Source: an uncultured delta proteobacterium
GTDB lineage: Bacteria > Desulfobacterota > Desulfobaccia > Desulfobaccales > 0-14-0-80-60-11
NCBI GenBank assembly: GCA_963812015.1
Contig: CAWETI010000003.1
Coordinates: 96,001 to 160,000 of the forward strand
Direction of reading: 5' to 3'
DNA: 64,000 nt
Made by a program: the position numbers and the translations under genes. The notes below the pieces were generated by a model. The model was not told the DNA's origin. It was given only the letters and a program-made list of their open reading frames with translations, and ran no database searches. Shown here piece after piece: positions 50,917-62,314 of this stretch (positions within the stretch are counted from its first letter, which is position 1; each line of letters opens with the position of its first letter).

Positions 50917-52109
50917 GGAAACACTTCCTTAAAGGCGTCCCCCAGGATGGCCAGGGCCGCGTCGAGCTCCCGGGGGGTAACGACCAGGGGCGGCAGCAGC
51001 CGGATGATGTTGCCCTGGGTGCAGTTGAGCAAAAGGCCCCGCTCCCGGCAGGCCGCCACCACCGGTGTCCCCTCCTGGGTCAACTCCAGGCCCCACATGA
51101 GGCCCAGGCCGCGCACCTCGCGAATGACCGAAAAACGGCGCTGGAAATCGCTCAGCTTTTCCCGGAGCCAGACGCCCCGCTCCCGGACTCCGGCCAGAAA
51201 CTCCGGCCGGCTCAAAAGGCTCAGGGCGGTTTTGGCCGCGACGGCCACCACCGGCCCGGCCCCGAAGGTGCTGGCATGGGTCCCGGGGACAAACGCCCCG
51301 GCCACGTCTTCGGTGGCCAGGAGCGCGCCCATGGGGAGACCGTTGGCCAACCCTTTGGCCAGGGTCATGACATCCGGGGTGATGCCGAAGTTTTCGTGGG
51401 CGAAGAGGGTGCCGGTGCGGCCCAGGCCGGTCTGGATTTCGTCCAGGATCAGCAACAGGCCCTTCTCATGGCACAACTGCCGCAACCCCGTGAAATAATC
51501 CGGCGACGGCAGGTTGACCCCGCCTTCTCCCTGGATGGGCTCCAGCATCACGGCGCAGACGGTGTCGTCCACGGCGTTGGCCACCGCCGCCAGGTCGTTA
51601 AAGGGCACAAACGTAAACCCCGGCAGCAGGGGGTCGAACCCCTGCCAGAACTTGGATTGGCCCGTGGCGGAAAGCGCCCCCAGGGTGCGGCCGTGGAAGG
51701 AGTTCTCCATGCAGATGATCCGATGCCGCCCTGCCCCGAACCGTTCCCGGGAGTAGCGCCGGACCAGCTTGATGGCCCCTTCGTTGACTTCGGCGCCGCT
51801 GTTGGCGAAAAAGACCCGGTCGGCAAAGGACAGGCGCACCAGGGCCTCGGCCAGCTCCACCATGGGGGTGGTGTAGTAGATGTTGGAGACGTGGACCAAC
51901 CGGGTCAGTTGGGCCGCAGCGGCCTTGGCGATATCCGGATGCGCATGCCCCAGATTGCACACCGCCAACCCGGCCACGAAGTCCAGATATTCCTTGCCGG
52001 CGTCATCCCAGACCCGGCAGCCCTCGCCTTTGACCAACACCAGCGGCTGCCGGCCATAGGTGTTCATCACGACTTTATCGGCGCGTTCCTTCCAATTTTG
52101 GTTAAGCAA
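50913..52109 (-). CDS. argD: Acetylornithine aminotransferase
   Basis: NSGAE, SFHGRT, DEIQTG, LAKGL; TTG start at 52109 after GGAGAGG. Confidence 0.93.
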
Positions 52110-52125
52110 GGTTCCTCTCCGTGTC

Positions 52126-52186
52126 AGTTCAAGGTTCAAAGTTAAAAACTAAGGCCTGAGAACCTTGAACCTTGAACTTTGAACTA
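52126..52186. repeat. Inverted heptamer tandem repeats (TTGAACY)
   Basis: AGTTCAAGGTTCAAAGTT ... AACCTTGAACCTTGAACTTTGAACT. Confidence 0.65.
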
Positions 52187-53065
52187 TCCAACAATCTCTG
52201 TGCCGACGCCGGTGTCGGTGAAAATCTCCAGGAGCACCGCGTGGAGGGCGCGGCCGTCCAGGATGTGGGCCTTGGCCACCCCTTCATCCAAAGCCTCCAG
52301 GCAGCACTTGATCTTGGGCAGCATGCCGCCGATCACCACCCCTTCCTCCATCAGGGTCACCGCCTGGCGGCGGGTGAGGCTGGAAACCAGGCGGCCCTCC
52401 CGGTCCAGGACCCCCGGGACATCGGTGAGCAAAATGAGCTTGGCCGCGCCCAGGGCCGCGGCCACCGCTCCGGCTACCAGGTCGGCGTTAATATTGTAGG
52501 TTTCGCCGGCTTCTCCCACCCCCACCGGGGCGATCACCGGGATGAAATGCTGGGCTTGCAAGGTGCGGATGAGGTGCGTGTTCACCGCGGTCACCTCCCC
52601 CACCAGGCCGATGTCGATGATCTCCGGGGGCTCGTCCTCCCGGGGCCGGTAGAACTCCATTTTCTGGGCTTTGAGCAGCAGGCCGTCTTTACCGCTGAGG
52701 CCCACCGCCGCGCCCCCGGCGGCATTGATCAGGCTGACGATCTCCTTGTTGACCTTGCCTGCCAGGACCATCTCCACCACGTCCATGGTGCTCTCGTCGG
52801 TGACCCTAAGGCCGTCCACGAACCGGGTGGGAATCTCCATCTTGGCCAGGACCTGGCCGATCTGGGGCCCGCCGCCGTGGACCACCACCGGGTGAATCCC
52901 CAAATATTGCAGCAGGGTGATGTCCTGGGCGAAGGCGCGCTTCAGCTCCGGCTCGGTCATGGCGGCGCCGCCGTACTTGATCACCAGGGTCTGCCCCTGG
53001 AAGGCGCGCATGTAGGGCAGGGCCTCCAGGAGGGTTTCGGCTTTTTTGATGTATTCAGTGGTCAT
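52184..53065 (-). CDS. argB: Acetylglutamate kinase
   Basis: [31 protein letters not shown]. Confidence 0.96.
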   Translation of the reverse strand: MTTEYIKKAETLLEALPYMRAFQGQTLVIKYGGAAMTEPELKRAFAQDITLLQYLGIHPVVVHGGGPQIGQVLAKMEIPTRFVDGLRVTDESTMDVVEMVLAGKVNKEIVSLINAAGGAAVGLSGKDGLLLKAQKMEFYRPREDEPPEIIDIGLVGEVTAVNTHLIRTLQAQHFIPVIAPVGVGEAGETYNINADLVAGAVAAALGAAKLILLTDVPGVLDREGRLVSSLTRRQAVTLMEEGVVIGGMLPKIKCCLEALDEGVAKAHILDGRALHAVLLEIFTDTGVGTEIVG

Positions 53066-53085
53066 AGTTTAGTGCCACCCATCCT

Positions 53086-53168
53086 TAACCTCCTTATGGG
53101 GGTTGGGGGAGAGGGTTTGGGAGAGGGGGCAGGGGCACTTACCAAAAGTCCCTGGCCCCCTCTCCCAA
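53086..53168. repeat. G/C-tract hairpin repeat family, copy F
   Basis: GGGGGTTGGGGGAGAGGGTTTGGGAGAGGGGGCAGGGG...CCCTGGCCCCCTCTCCCAA. Confidence 0.7.
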
Positions 53169-53177
53169 GCATCTTTT

Positions 53178-54608
<1,431 letters not shown>

Positions 54609-54697
54609 GGTTCCCTGCCTTTAGAAGAAGCTGTCAGCTATCAGCAAATGAAAAGAAATATGTAGGGTGGGCCTGGCCCACCATTTCATTACATTAA

Positions 54698-55243
54698 TCA
54701 CAATTCCTCGATCACTATCTCACTATTGGTATACACGCATAGCGACGCGGCGATTTTCATGGCCGCCTTGCAGATCTGCTTGGCGCTCATATCCGTATGG
54801 GCCAGGAGGGCCCGGGCCGCGGCCAGGGCATAGGGGGAGCCGGAGCCGATGGCCATCACCCCTTCGTCGGGCTCGATGACGTCGCCGGTGCCGGAGATCA
54901 AGAGCGCCCCGGTTTCGTCCACCGCCAGGAGCAACGCTTCCAGACGCCGGAGAATCTTGTCGGTGCGCCAGTCCTTGGCCAGCTCCACCACCGACCGGGT
55001 GAGGTTCCCTTGGTGTTTCTCCAGCTTGGCCTCCAGACGCTCGAACAGGGTGAGGGCGTCGGCCGCGGAGCCGGCGAAACCCACGATGATCTTGCCGTGA
55101 TAGAGCCTCCGGACCTTTTTGGCATGGTGCTTCATCACCATGTCGCCCAGGGTGACCTGGCCGTCGCCGGCCACCGCCACCTTATCGCCCCGGCGCACCA
55201 TTAAAATCGTGGTGCTGCGGAATTTTGTATCGCTATGGTTCAT
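54698..55243 (-). CDS. hslV: ATP-dependent protease peptidase subunit
   Basis: TTI catalytic Thr after a short propeptide, GDGQVT, GFAG, IGSG. Confidence 0.96.
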   Translation of the reverse strand: MNHSDTKFRSTTILMVRRGDKVAVAGDGQVTLGDMVMKHHAKKVRRLYHGKIIVGFAGSAADALTLFERLEAKLEKHQGNLTRSVVELAKDWRTDKILRRLEALLLAVDETGALLISGTGDVIEPDEGVMAIGSGSPYALAAARALLAHTDMSAKQICKAAMKIAASLCVYTNSEIVIEEL

Positions 55244-55341
55244 GCTATCCTTCTATTTGTGGCGGGCAGTGCCCACCCTACATTTGGGCTTGTGGTCGTC
55301 GCTTTTTATCTTTCGCTGAAAGCTGACCGCTGACAGTTGTG

Positions 55342-56250
55342 TTATTTACTCCTGGGATGGGCCTTATCGTACTCCTCCATCAGGTAATCCAGGTTGAGGT
55401 GCAGGTACCGCCCCGTGGTGGAGATGGAGGCATGGCCCAGCAGCTCCTGGACGGCCCGGAGATCGGCCCGGCCCTCCAAGAGATGCGTAGCAAAGCTGTG
55501 GCGCAGGCCGTGGGGCGTCAGGCCCGGGGAGAGTCCCGCCAGCCTGACCCACTTGGCCACCACCCGGGCGACCCCCCGGGTGGACAGGCGGCGTCCCCGG
55601 GAATTGATAAACAGGGCGGTCTCGTCCCCGGTCCCCTGCTGGGCCATGAACCGCTGCCGCCGGGGGAGATAGGAGGTCAGGGCACCTTGAGCCGGCTCCC
55701 CCAGGAAGGCCAGGCGTTCCTTGCTGCCTTTGCCCCAGACCCTCAGGACCCCCGACCCCAGGTCTACATCTCCCAGGTTGAGTCCGGCCAACTCCGCGAG
55801 GCGGAGCCCGCCGCCGTAAAACACCTCCAGGATGGCTTTATCCCGGCAGACCCCGAAATCATCGCCTTGGGGCTCGCCCAACAGATGGAAGGCCTCGTCC
55901 ACGGACAGGTAGTTCGGCAGGACCTTTTCCAGCTTGGGGCTGGGGGCCAGTTTAGCCGGGTTCTGGGACATAACCCCCAGGCGCTGCAAGTATTTAAAAA
56001 AGGTGCGCAGGGTGGAGAGCTTGCGGGCCACCGTGGTCTTGCGGTTTTTCTTCAGGGCCGTAGCCAGAAAGGCCCGCAGGTCCTGGTAGGTCACCTTTTC
56101 CAGGGGAAGGTCTTGCCGGTGCTGGGAGCAGAACTCCAGGAACTGGGTGAGGTCCAGGCGGTAGTTTCTCAACGTGTGGGGCGACATCTGCCGCTCCACC
56201 TTCAGGTACTGCAGAAAACCTTCCAGATGCCCCCAGCCGCTCATAACCAT
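55342..56250 (-). CDS. xerC: Tyrosine recombinase XerC
   Basis: R (GLRLAEL), GKGSKER, HGLRHSFATH, LGH...Y; xerC-hslVU order. Confidence 0.88.
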   Translation of the reverse strand: MVMSGWGHLEGFLQYLKVERQMSPHTLRNYRLDLTQFLEFCSQHRQDLPLEKVTYQDLRAFLATALKKNRKTTVARKLSTLRTFFKYLQRLGVMSQNPAKLAPSPKLEKVLPNYLSVDEAFHLLGEPQGDDFGVCRDKAILEVFYGGGLRLAELAGLNLGDVDLGSGVLRVWGKGSKERLAFLGEPAQGALTSYLPRRQRFMAQQGTGDETALFINSRGRRLSTRGVARVVAKWVRLAGLSPGLTPHGLRHSFATHLLEGRADLRAVQELLGHASISTTGRYLHLNLDYLMEEYDKAHPRSK

Positions 56251-56523
56251 GGCATTCCCGGGCAAGGCTGCCCCACTGCTTCCGTTTAACTCATTTAAAA
56301 AAAAGATATTATCATGAAGTTGCCGCAATGCCAAAAATTATCGGCGGGCGGGGGCCGAGATCCCCGGTGAAGTAAGCGGCTTCGGGGGCTTTTGCAGCTC
56401 CGGCATCCCGGGGCTAAAAAAAATTTCCATTTCCTGGTTGCCGATGCCGATAAGGGGAATGAGGGATCATATCCGCCAAGAAAGGTGGTATGAGCCCCAA
56501 AAGAACTGCGGAGGGAGAGAGGC

Positions 56524-56949
56524 ATGAAGATCATGGAGGTGTTGCAGAAATTGGGGATTTTTCGTTATGGGGTCAAAAGCGGGGGCTATACCGGTATGCA
56601 GGACCGGCCGGCGGAGTTATTCATGGAGGGCGTCTTTAATGCCGACAAGGACCTGACCACCAAAGGAGACTGGCACCGTGTCGCGGCAGCAGCAAAATCT
56701 CTGGGGGGCCGCAAGGCCTTTTGCTGGATAAGCCTGGTCCTGGGCGCCTTCGCCCTGTTGTTTTTGGCCACCGCCAGCGGACTCACGGCCTGGTTTTTCG
56801 CCGACTTGATCTTGTGGGGGGCCTTTATCGCCCTCCTGCGCCAGTTTGCCTTTGCGGGCCGCTACTCCTTCAAGGCGATGATTATCCTTCTGGTTGTCCT
56901 GGTTGTTGTCTCATTAATGTTTTTGGGGGCCACGGTGCCTTCAGATTAA
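56524..56949 (+). CDS. Hypothetical membrane protein (3 TM)
   Basis: RBS GAGG; soluble N-terminus then three hydrophobic segments. Confidence 0.65.
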   Translation: MKIMEVLQKLGIFRYGVKSGGYTGMQDRPAELFMEGVFNADKDLTTKGDWHRVAAAAKSLGGRKAFCWISLVLGAFALLFLATASGLTAWFFADLILWGAFIALLRQFAFAGRYSFKAMIILLVVLVVVSLMFLGATVPSD

Positions 56950-56999
56950 CCATAACCAAGCCGACCCGGGCCGGCGGCCGACTCTCCCGGGAGTGCAAG

Positions 57000-57134
57000 G
57001 GGGAGGGTCAGATAAGGCGCCTCAGGTAACGACACGCCCAATTTCTTGGCAACCTGAACCTGGTTCGTCTCAGATGAACACTGATTAGAAAACTCCACGA
57101 CTTTTGCGTGAGAGACGCCATCCTTACCCTCCCC
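57000..57134 (-). ncRNA. Candidate structured non-coding RNA (unassigned)
   Basis: Closing stem GGGGAGGGT/ACCCTCCCC plus GGCGTC/GGCGCC enclosing three hairpins, one with a GAAA loop. Confidence 0.35.
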
Positions 57135-57177
57135 GCCAGGCAGAAGAGCGGGTCCTGGGGTTTCCGGGCCGGCAACT

Positions 57178-57459
57178 TTAATTGGTCAAAACCCGGGTGC
57201 GGGTGGGGGATTCCAGAAAACTGTCGATTTCGGCGCTCAATTTCTGCCGCTCCGGGTTGTTGAACCAGTCCTGCCACTGTCCCAGGGATTCCCAGGCGCT
57301 GATCACCAGGTAATAGTTGGGGTCATCCACCCCGTGCAGGGTCTCGCCGCTGATATAGCCGGGCTGCTGCATGGCCAAAACCCGGAGTTGGCGTAACAGG
57401 CGCACGATTTGCCCCACGTGCTGTCCGCTAATCGTCCTTTCCATCAAGACCTTGACCAT
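57178..57459 (-). CDS. Antibiotic biosynthesis monooxygenase (ABM) family protein
   Basis: QPGYISGETL...YLVISAWES...W; RBS AAGGAG. Confidence 0.82.
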   Translation of the reverse strand: MVKVLMERTISGQHVGQIVRLLRQLRVLAMQQPGYISGETLHGVDDPNYYLVISAWESLGQWQDWFNNPERQKLSAEIDSFLESPTRTRVLTN

Positions 57460-57578
57460 GTGCCTCTCCTTTTGGGTAATGGGGTTGAAGAACCTGCCGG
57501 GCTCCCGCCGGCGCCCCTGGCTTCGGGCCGGGTCCGGGAAGGGGGTCTTATACGGTTATCGGTTAAAATAAATTAAAA

Positions 57579-57591
57579 TATCAATAAGTTA
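57579..57591 (+). promoter_or_regulatory. IHF-binding consensus
   Basis: TATCAATAAGTTA matches WATCAANNNNTTR, in an AT-rich divergent intergenic region. Confidence 0.4.
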
Positions 57592-57708
57592 AATGTTTGG
57601 TGGGTAACATTTGCAAGGGAAACTAATCTTGTGCCGCCCGAGCCGCGTTCTGCTTTAAAATATACCAGATACCCCCCGGAGTTCAACGATCAATAAAGGG
57701 ATACGCTC

Positions 57709-57737
57709 TTGAGCCTGCCCGGGCTCTGTGGTATGAT
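57709..57737 (+). promoter_or_regulatory. sigma70-type promoter
   Basis: TTGAGC-N17-TATGAT with extended -10 TG. Confidence 0.55.
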
Positions 57738-57759
57738 AACCCGGGGGAAGTGGGTACGC

Positions 57760-58923
57760 ATGGTCAAGTTAGCCGAATTACGGCAATTCCTGGACAAGCA
57801 GGAGGATGCCGAACTCTCTGCCTATGCCACCAGAAGCGTTCAGGCTATCCGGCGATGCTATGAAGAGCGCATTGCCGAGGGCCACCGCCAGAACTTCGCG
57901 GTGGACGCCGACCGCATCCTCCACTCCCGGGCGTACACCCGCTACATCGACAAAACCCAGGTCTTTTACCTCATTCAGCACGAACATATCAGCCACCGGG
58001 TGTTGCACGTCCAGCTTCTGTCCAAGATCGCCCGCACCATCGGCAAGTTTCTCCGCCTGAACGAGGACCTCCTGGAGGCCATCGCCCTGGGCCACGACAT
58101 CGGCCACCCCCCCTTCGGCCACGACGGGGAGCGCATCCTCTCGGGTCTCTGTGAGGCTCACGGCATCGGCCCCTTTCTCCACAGCATCCAGGGCGTGTGG
58201 TTCCTCGACCGGCTGGAAAAACAGGGACGGGGACTCAACCTCTCACTCCAGGTCCTGGACGGCATCCTCTGCCACGACGGGGAAACCCACCTGGAACGCC
58301 TCTCCCCCCAGGGGGACAAGACCTTTGCCCACCTGGAGGCAGAGATCCGCACTAAGCTGGGGGACCCGAAAATGTCCCTGAAGCCCATGACCCTGGAAGG
58401 GTGCGTCGTCCGCCTGGCGGATACCATCAGTTATATCGGCCGGGACCTGGAAGATGCCATCACCCTGAAGCTGGTGCGCCGGGAAGAGCTGCCGCCGGAG
58501 GTCGCCCAACCTCTGGGCCGGACCAATGGCGCCATCGTCTACAGCCTGGTGACTGACCTCATCACTCACAGCTACGATAAGAACTACGTGGGCTACAGCC
58601 CCGAAGTCGGCGGGCTCTTAAAAAAGCTTAAGGAGTTCAATTACCGGCGCATCTACGACAATCCCCGCATCAAGGGAGAGACCATCAAGATCGAAGGACT
58701 GTTTCAGCGTCTGTTTGAGCGGTTGCTGGCGGATGTGGAGACGGGCCGGGAAGATTCGCCGATCTGGACCGATTTTCTGGCCACCATGGACCCCGGTTAC
58801 CGGGACTCCCACCGGCCGGCGGAAATCGTCCGGGATTTTTTGGCCTCCATGACCGACGCCTATTTTTTGCGGACCTCCCAGGAACTGTTCTTCCCGCAAC
58901 CGTTGCGGGTGGATTTTGCTTGA
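57760..58923 (+). CDS. dgt: HD-domain deoxyguanosinetriphosphate triphosphohydrolase-like protein
   Basis: DRILHS, KTQVF, LGHDIGHPPFGHDGE, ADTISY, DFLASMTD. Confidence 0.85.
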   Translation: MVKLAELRQFLDKQEDAELSAYATRSVQAIRRCYEERIAEGHRQNFAVDADRILHSRAYTRYIDKTQVFYLIQHEHISHRVLHVQLLSKIARTIGKFLRLNEDLLEAIALGHDIGHPPFGHDGERILSGLCEAHGIGPFLHSIQGVWFLDRLEKQGRGLNLSLQVLDGILCHDGETHLERLSPQGDKTFAHLEAEIRTKLGDPKMSLKPMTLEGCVVRLADTISYIGRDLEDAITLKLVRREELPPEVAQPLGRTNGAIVYSLVTDLITHSYDKNYVGYSPEVGGLLKKLKEFNYRRIYDNPRIKGETIKIEGLFQRLFERLLADVETGREDSPIWTDFLATMDPGYRDSHRPAEIVRDFLASMTDAYFLRTSQELFFPQPLRVDFA

Positions 58924-59693
58924 GGGTACTCATGCGCCTCATGACCTTTAATCTCAGGTTTGCCACTCCCATTGACGGCCCCAATGAATGGGAGTTTCGC
59001 AAGGAGCTGGTGGTTGAGATCATCCACAACCATCGGCCGGACCTGTTGGGCACTCAGGAAGGGACCGTGCCCCAACTCGGTTACCTGGAGGAGCATCTGG
59101 CCGGCTATCTGCCGTTAACGGCGCATCGGCAGGTGGATCCCACCTGCCAGTACCCCACCATTTTCTATCGCGCCGACCGCGTTCACGTCCAAGAGAGCGA
59201 TGAATTCTGGCTGTCCGAGACCCCCCGGGTACACCGCAGCCTGAGCTGGGGCTCAGCCTTTCCCCGCATGGTCACCTACGGACTCTTTCGGGAAACGGGC
59301 CGCAACACCAGCTTTTACTTCATCGACACCCACCTGGACCATATCTCGGCGGCGGCCCGGCGTGAGGGCGCCCGGATGATCCGGGAATTTTTCTTTCCCC
59401 TGAACCAGCCCTTGGTACTGGTGGGGGATTTCAATGAGCCGCCGGACGAGTCGGTGTATCGGGAATTAATCCGGGCGGACGGCCCCCTCCGGGATACCTG
59501 GAGATGGGAGCAGCCGCCGGGCGCAGAGGCCCCCAGCCAGCACGGGTTTGATGGCCAGCCCCGGGGCAGCCGCATCGACTGGATTCTGGCGGCCCCGGGC
59601 TTTAAGGTCCGGCGGGTGGCCATGGTCACGGATAATCAGAATGGTCGCTACCCTTCTGATCACTATCCTTATGAAGCAGAGGTGGAATATTGA
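58920..59693 (+). CDS. Endonuclease/exonuclease/phosphatase family protein
   Basis: MTFNLR, GTQE, THLDH, GDFN, IDWI, SDH. Confidence 0.9.
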   Translation: MRVLMRLMTFNLRFATPIDGPNEWEFRKELVVEIIHNHRPDLLGTQEGTVPQLGYLEEHLAGYLPLTAHRQVDPTCQYPTIFYRADRVHVQESDEFWLSETPRVHRSLSWGSAFPRMVTYGLFRETGRNTSFYFIDTHLDHISAAARREGARMIREFFFPLNQPLVLVGDFNEPPDESVYRELIRADGPLRDTWRWEQPPGAEAPSQHGFDGQPRGSRIDWILAAPGFKVRRVAMVTDNQNGRYPSDHYPYEAEVEY

Positions 59694-59694
59694 G

Positions 59695-60654
59695 ATGGCT
59701 GTAAGAGTGTGGCTGATCCTAGTAGTCCTACTGTCGGGAGCCCGGCTGGCCGGCGCCGCTTCGGCTCCGCCCCTCTACACCCAGGTGGCAGGGGGTGAGG
59801 AAGAACTTGAAGTGGCGAAACCCATGAGTGTGAACCGCATCGCCCTGGAGAAGGGGCTGCGGTGGGAAGTGCTGGTCCGGCAGAATGGCCTGAAAAAGCC
59901 CTATAAGCTCACGCCCGGCATGGTGGTCAAGGTCAACAATACCCATATCGTCCCTGGGGAACTGAAAGACGGTCTGGTCATCAATCTGCCGGAGCTGAAT
60001 CTCTACCGTTTTCAGCGCGGGGCCTATCTGCGGCGTTATGCCCTGGCCGTGGGGAAGCCCAGCTGGCCCACCCCCACCGGGACTTATGAGATCTACGAAA
60101 AGCGCAAGAACCCCATCTGGAACGTGCCGCCGTCTATCCAGGAGGAGATGGAGGAAATGGGCCAAGACGTGGTGGAGAAAGTGCCCCCCGGCCCCAAGAA
60201 CCCCCTGGGCAAGTTCTGGCTGGGGACCACCGCCGCCGGGGTGGGCATTCATGCCACCAATCGCCCCTGGAGCGTGGGTTACTCAGTATCCCACGGCTGC
60301 ATCCGCATGCTCCCGGGGGAGATCGAGCAACTCTACCCCGAAGTAGAGGTGGGCACGCCGGTGAAGATCATTTACCGACCCATCAAACTGGCCCTCACGC
60401 CCCAGGGAAGGGTATATCTGGAGGCCAATCCCAATATCTACCAGTGGGAGTTGAATTCCCTGGAATGGGTCCAGGACATGGCCGAGTATTACCATATTAC
60501 CGATCGCATCGATTGGGATAAGGTCCGCCCCATCCTCAAAGCCCGGAATGGCGTCGCCAAGGATATCACCAAAGACCCCGGGGTTCCGGCCGCCGGCGCG
60601 GCGAAAGAGGTCCGGCTTTTGCCTTTACATGGGAAGGAGGCCAAGTTAGAATAG
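59695..60654 (+). CDS. L,D-transpeptidase (YkuD) with LysM-like domain
   Basis: Signal peptide; INLPE, PGPKNPLG, GIHAT...SHGCIRM. Confidence 0.9.
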   Translation: MAVRVWLILVVLLSGARLAGAASAPPLYTQVAGGEEELEVAKPMSVNRIALEKGLRWEVLVRQNGLKKPYKLTPGMVVKVNNTHIVPGELKDGLVINLPELNLYRFQRGAYLRRYALAVGKPSWPTPTGTYEIYEKRKNPIWNVPPSIQEEMEEMGQDVVEKVPPGPKNPLGKFWLGTTAAGVGIHATNRPWSVGYSVSHGCIRMLPGEIEQLYPEVEVGTPVKIIYRPIKLALTPQGRVYLEANPNIYQWELNSLEWVQDMAEYYHITDRIDWDKVRPILKARNGVAKDITKDPGVPAAGAAKEVRLLPLHGKEAKLE

Positions 60655-60804
60655 ATTCCGTCCGGTGACCCCCAGGGGGACCGATGGACCGGGGGGGCAA
60701 GGGCAGCGAGGCATCCGCCTCCCCGCACGTGACCTCATCTACCGACCCCGGTTGCCGCGGGCCATCACGGAAACTTTTCAGCTGCATTGACAAAGGACGC
60801 CTTT

Positions 60805-61329
60805 ATGATTCGATTGCATTGTGTGCCAATGGTTTTGGGAGTTTTTTTGGTGATGGCCCTTTCAGGTTCGGCCCTGGCCCAGCCACAGCCGGCCAAGTGT
60901 GGCCCCGACCACGCCATCCTCTACAATCGGGCCGTGAAGCTGTTGGATAACGCCGAAAAGAAGTTGACGGCGGGCTATACCGCGGAAGCCAAGTCCCTGG
61001 TGAAAGAGGCCAATTCTCTGTTCACCATCCTGCAAAAAGAGTGCGGCCCCGCCCAGGCGGAGCGACCCCTGACGGATCAAGAGACCCAGCAGGAGGCCAT
61101 CAACCAGAAGCTGGCCGCGGATGAATTGGCCCAGGCGGAACGCCTGATGAAGTCGGCGGACGAAAAAGGCAAGAAGGCTTCCACGCTGGAGACGACCCAG
61201 CCGGATGTCTATGTGAAGTATCAGCGGGAGGCCAAGGGAGAGTACGAACAGGCCCACAAGCGCTCCATCAAATCGGAAATTTACGCCCTGCGCAACCAGC
61301 AGATGGTCTTCAAGTTTCTGGTCAAGTGA
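60805..61329 (+). CDS. Secreted alpha-helical hypothetical protein
   Basis: Signal peptide ending ALA-Q; two Cys; Ala/Glu/Lys-rich. Confidence 0.65.
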   Translation: MIRLHCVPMVLGVFLVMALSGSALAQPQPAKCGPDHAILYNRAVKLLDNAEKKLTAGYTAEAKSLVKEANSLFTILQKECGPAQAERPLTDQETQQEAINQKLAADELAQAERLMKSADEKGKKASTLETTQPDVYVKYQREAKGEYEQAHKRSIKSEIYALRNQQMVFKFLVK

Positions 61330-61463
61330 CCGGCTCGCCGGGGTGGCTTGAGAGATAAACCGAGTTGCAGGCCAAAAAACCTACTTGATAAAAAGATGCC
61401 GGGACGCACCTTCTGGCGTCCAAGGGCGTGAGGCCTCACGCCCCCCCACCAGCCCTCACTTTT

Positions 61464-62135
61464 ATGACGGTACTCCGGGATAAGGCAGAGCGTCTCACGA
61501 TCACCGCGGCGGCGACCGGACCCCTCCAGGTGATCTCTTATCTGGTGGCCTGCCCGGAAACGGGCGAAGCCCTCCTCATCGACCCCGGCGGTCCCTCACC
61601 CGAGTTGTCGGCCAAACTCCGGCAGGAAGGCTGGCGATTGCGCTGGCTGGTCAACACCCACGGACATGCCGATCATACCGCCGGTAACGAGGCGTGGGCG
61701 GCGGCGACCGGCGCCCGGATCGTCATCCACCGCTTGGACTGGGAATTCTTCCGGACGCCTGAGATGCAGGCCGCGGTCCGGGCCGAGGGTTTTCCCCCCC
61801 TGATGCGGGCGGATGTGCTGGTGGAGGATGGCCACCGTCTGCCCCTGGGCCCGGGCGAGGCCCTGGTCCTCCATACCCCGGGCCATACCCCGGGGGGCGT
61901 GTGCCTCTCCTTCCCCGGCCATCTGTTCACCGGGGACACCCTCTTTGTGGGCGCGGCCGGACGCACCGACCTGCCGGGAGGGTCCCTGACTCAACTCATC
62001 GCCTCCCTGGAAGAGAAGATCATGCCATTGCCGGACGAGACCCGCATCTGGCCCGGCCATGACTATGGCGAGACGCCGACCTCCACCCTGGGCGAAGAAA
62101 AGCTCAACAATCCCTACCTCACCGATTTTTTCTAA
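61464..62135 (+). CDS. MBL-fold metallo-hydrolase (glyoxalase II-like)
   Basis: THGHADH, HTPGHT, FTGDTLF, PGH; start uncertain. Confidence 0.88.
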   Translation: MTVLRDKAERLTITAAATGPLQVISYLVACPETGEALLIDPGGPSPELSAKLRQEGWRLRWLVNTHGHADHTAGNEAWAAATGARIVIHRLDWEFFRTPEMQAAVRAEGFPPLMRADVLVEDGHRLPLGPGEALVLHTPGHTPGGVCLSFPGHLFTGDTLFVGAAGRTDLPGGSLTQLIASLEEKIMPLPDETRIWPGHDYGETPTSTLGEEKLNNPYLTDFF

Positions 62136-62314
62136 AAAAACCCTTGAAAGACTATCCTGCCGCTATACTATTACCGATATAAGAAAAATCCCCGGGCCGT
62201 CCTGCCCTGGGCGTGGAGGCGGGGGCTGGTGGGGCAAGGGGGGATAAAAACCGTGGTTCTCAAGGTCGTATACATTATGAAGCGCTACCCGAGAGTTTAT
62301 CTGAAGAGTTGCAC

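Noticed and set aside
55342..56250. Tyrosine recombinase as a prophage or island integrase
   Set aside because: It is in the conserved xerC-hslV-hslU context, with no att-like repeats, tRNA or cargo.
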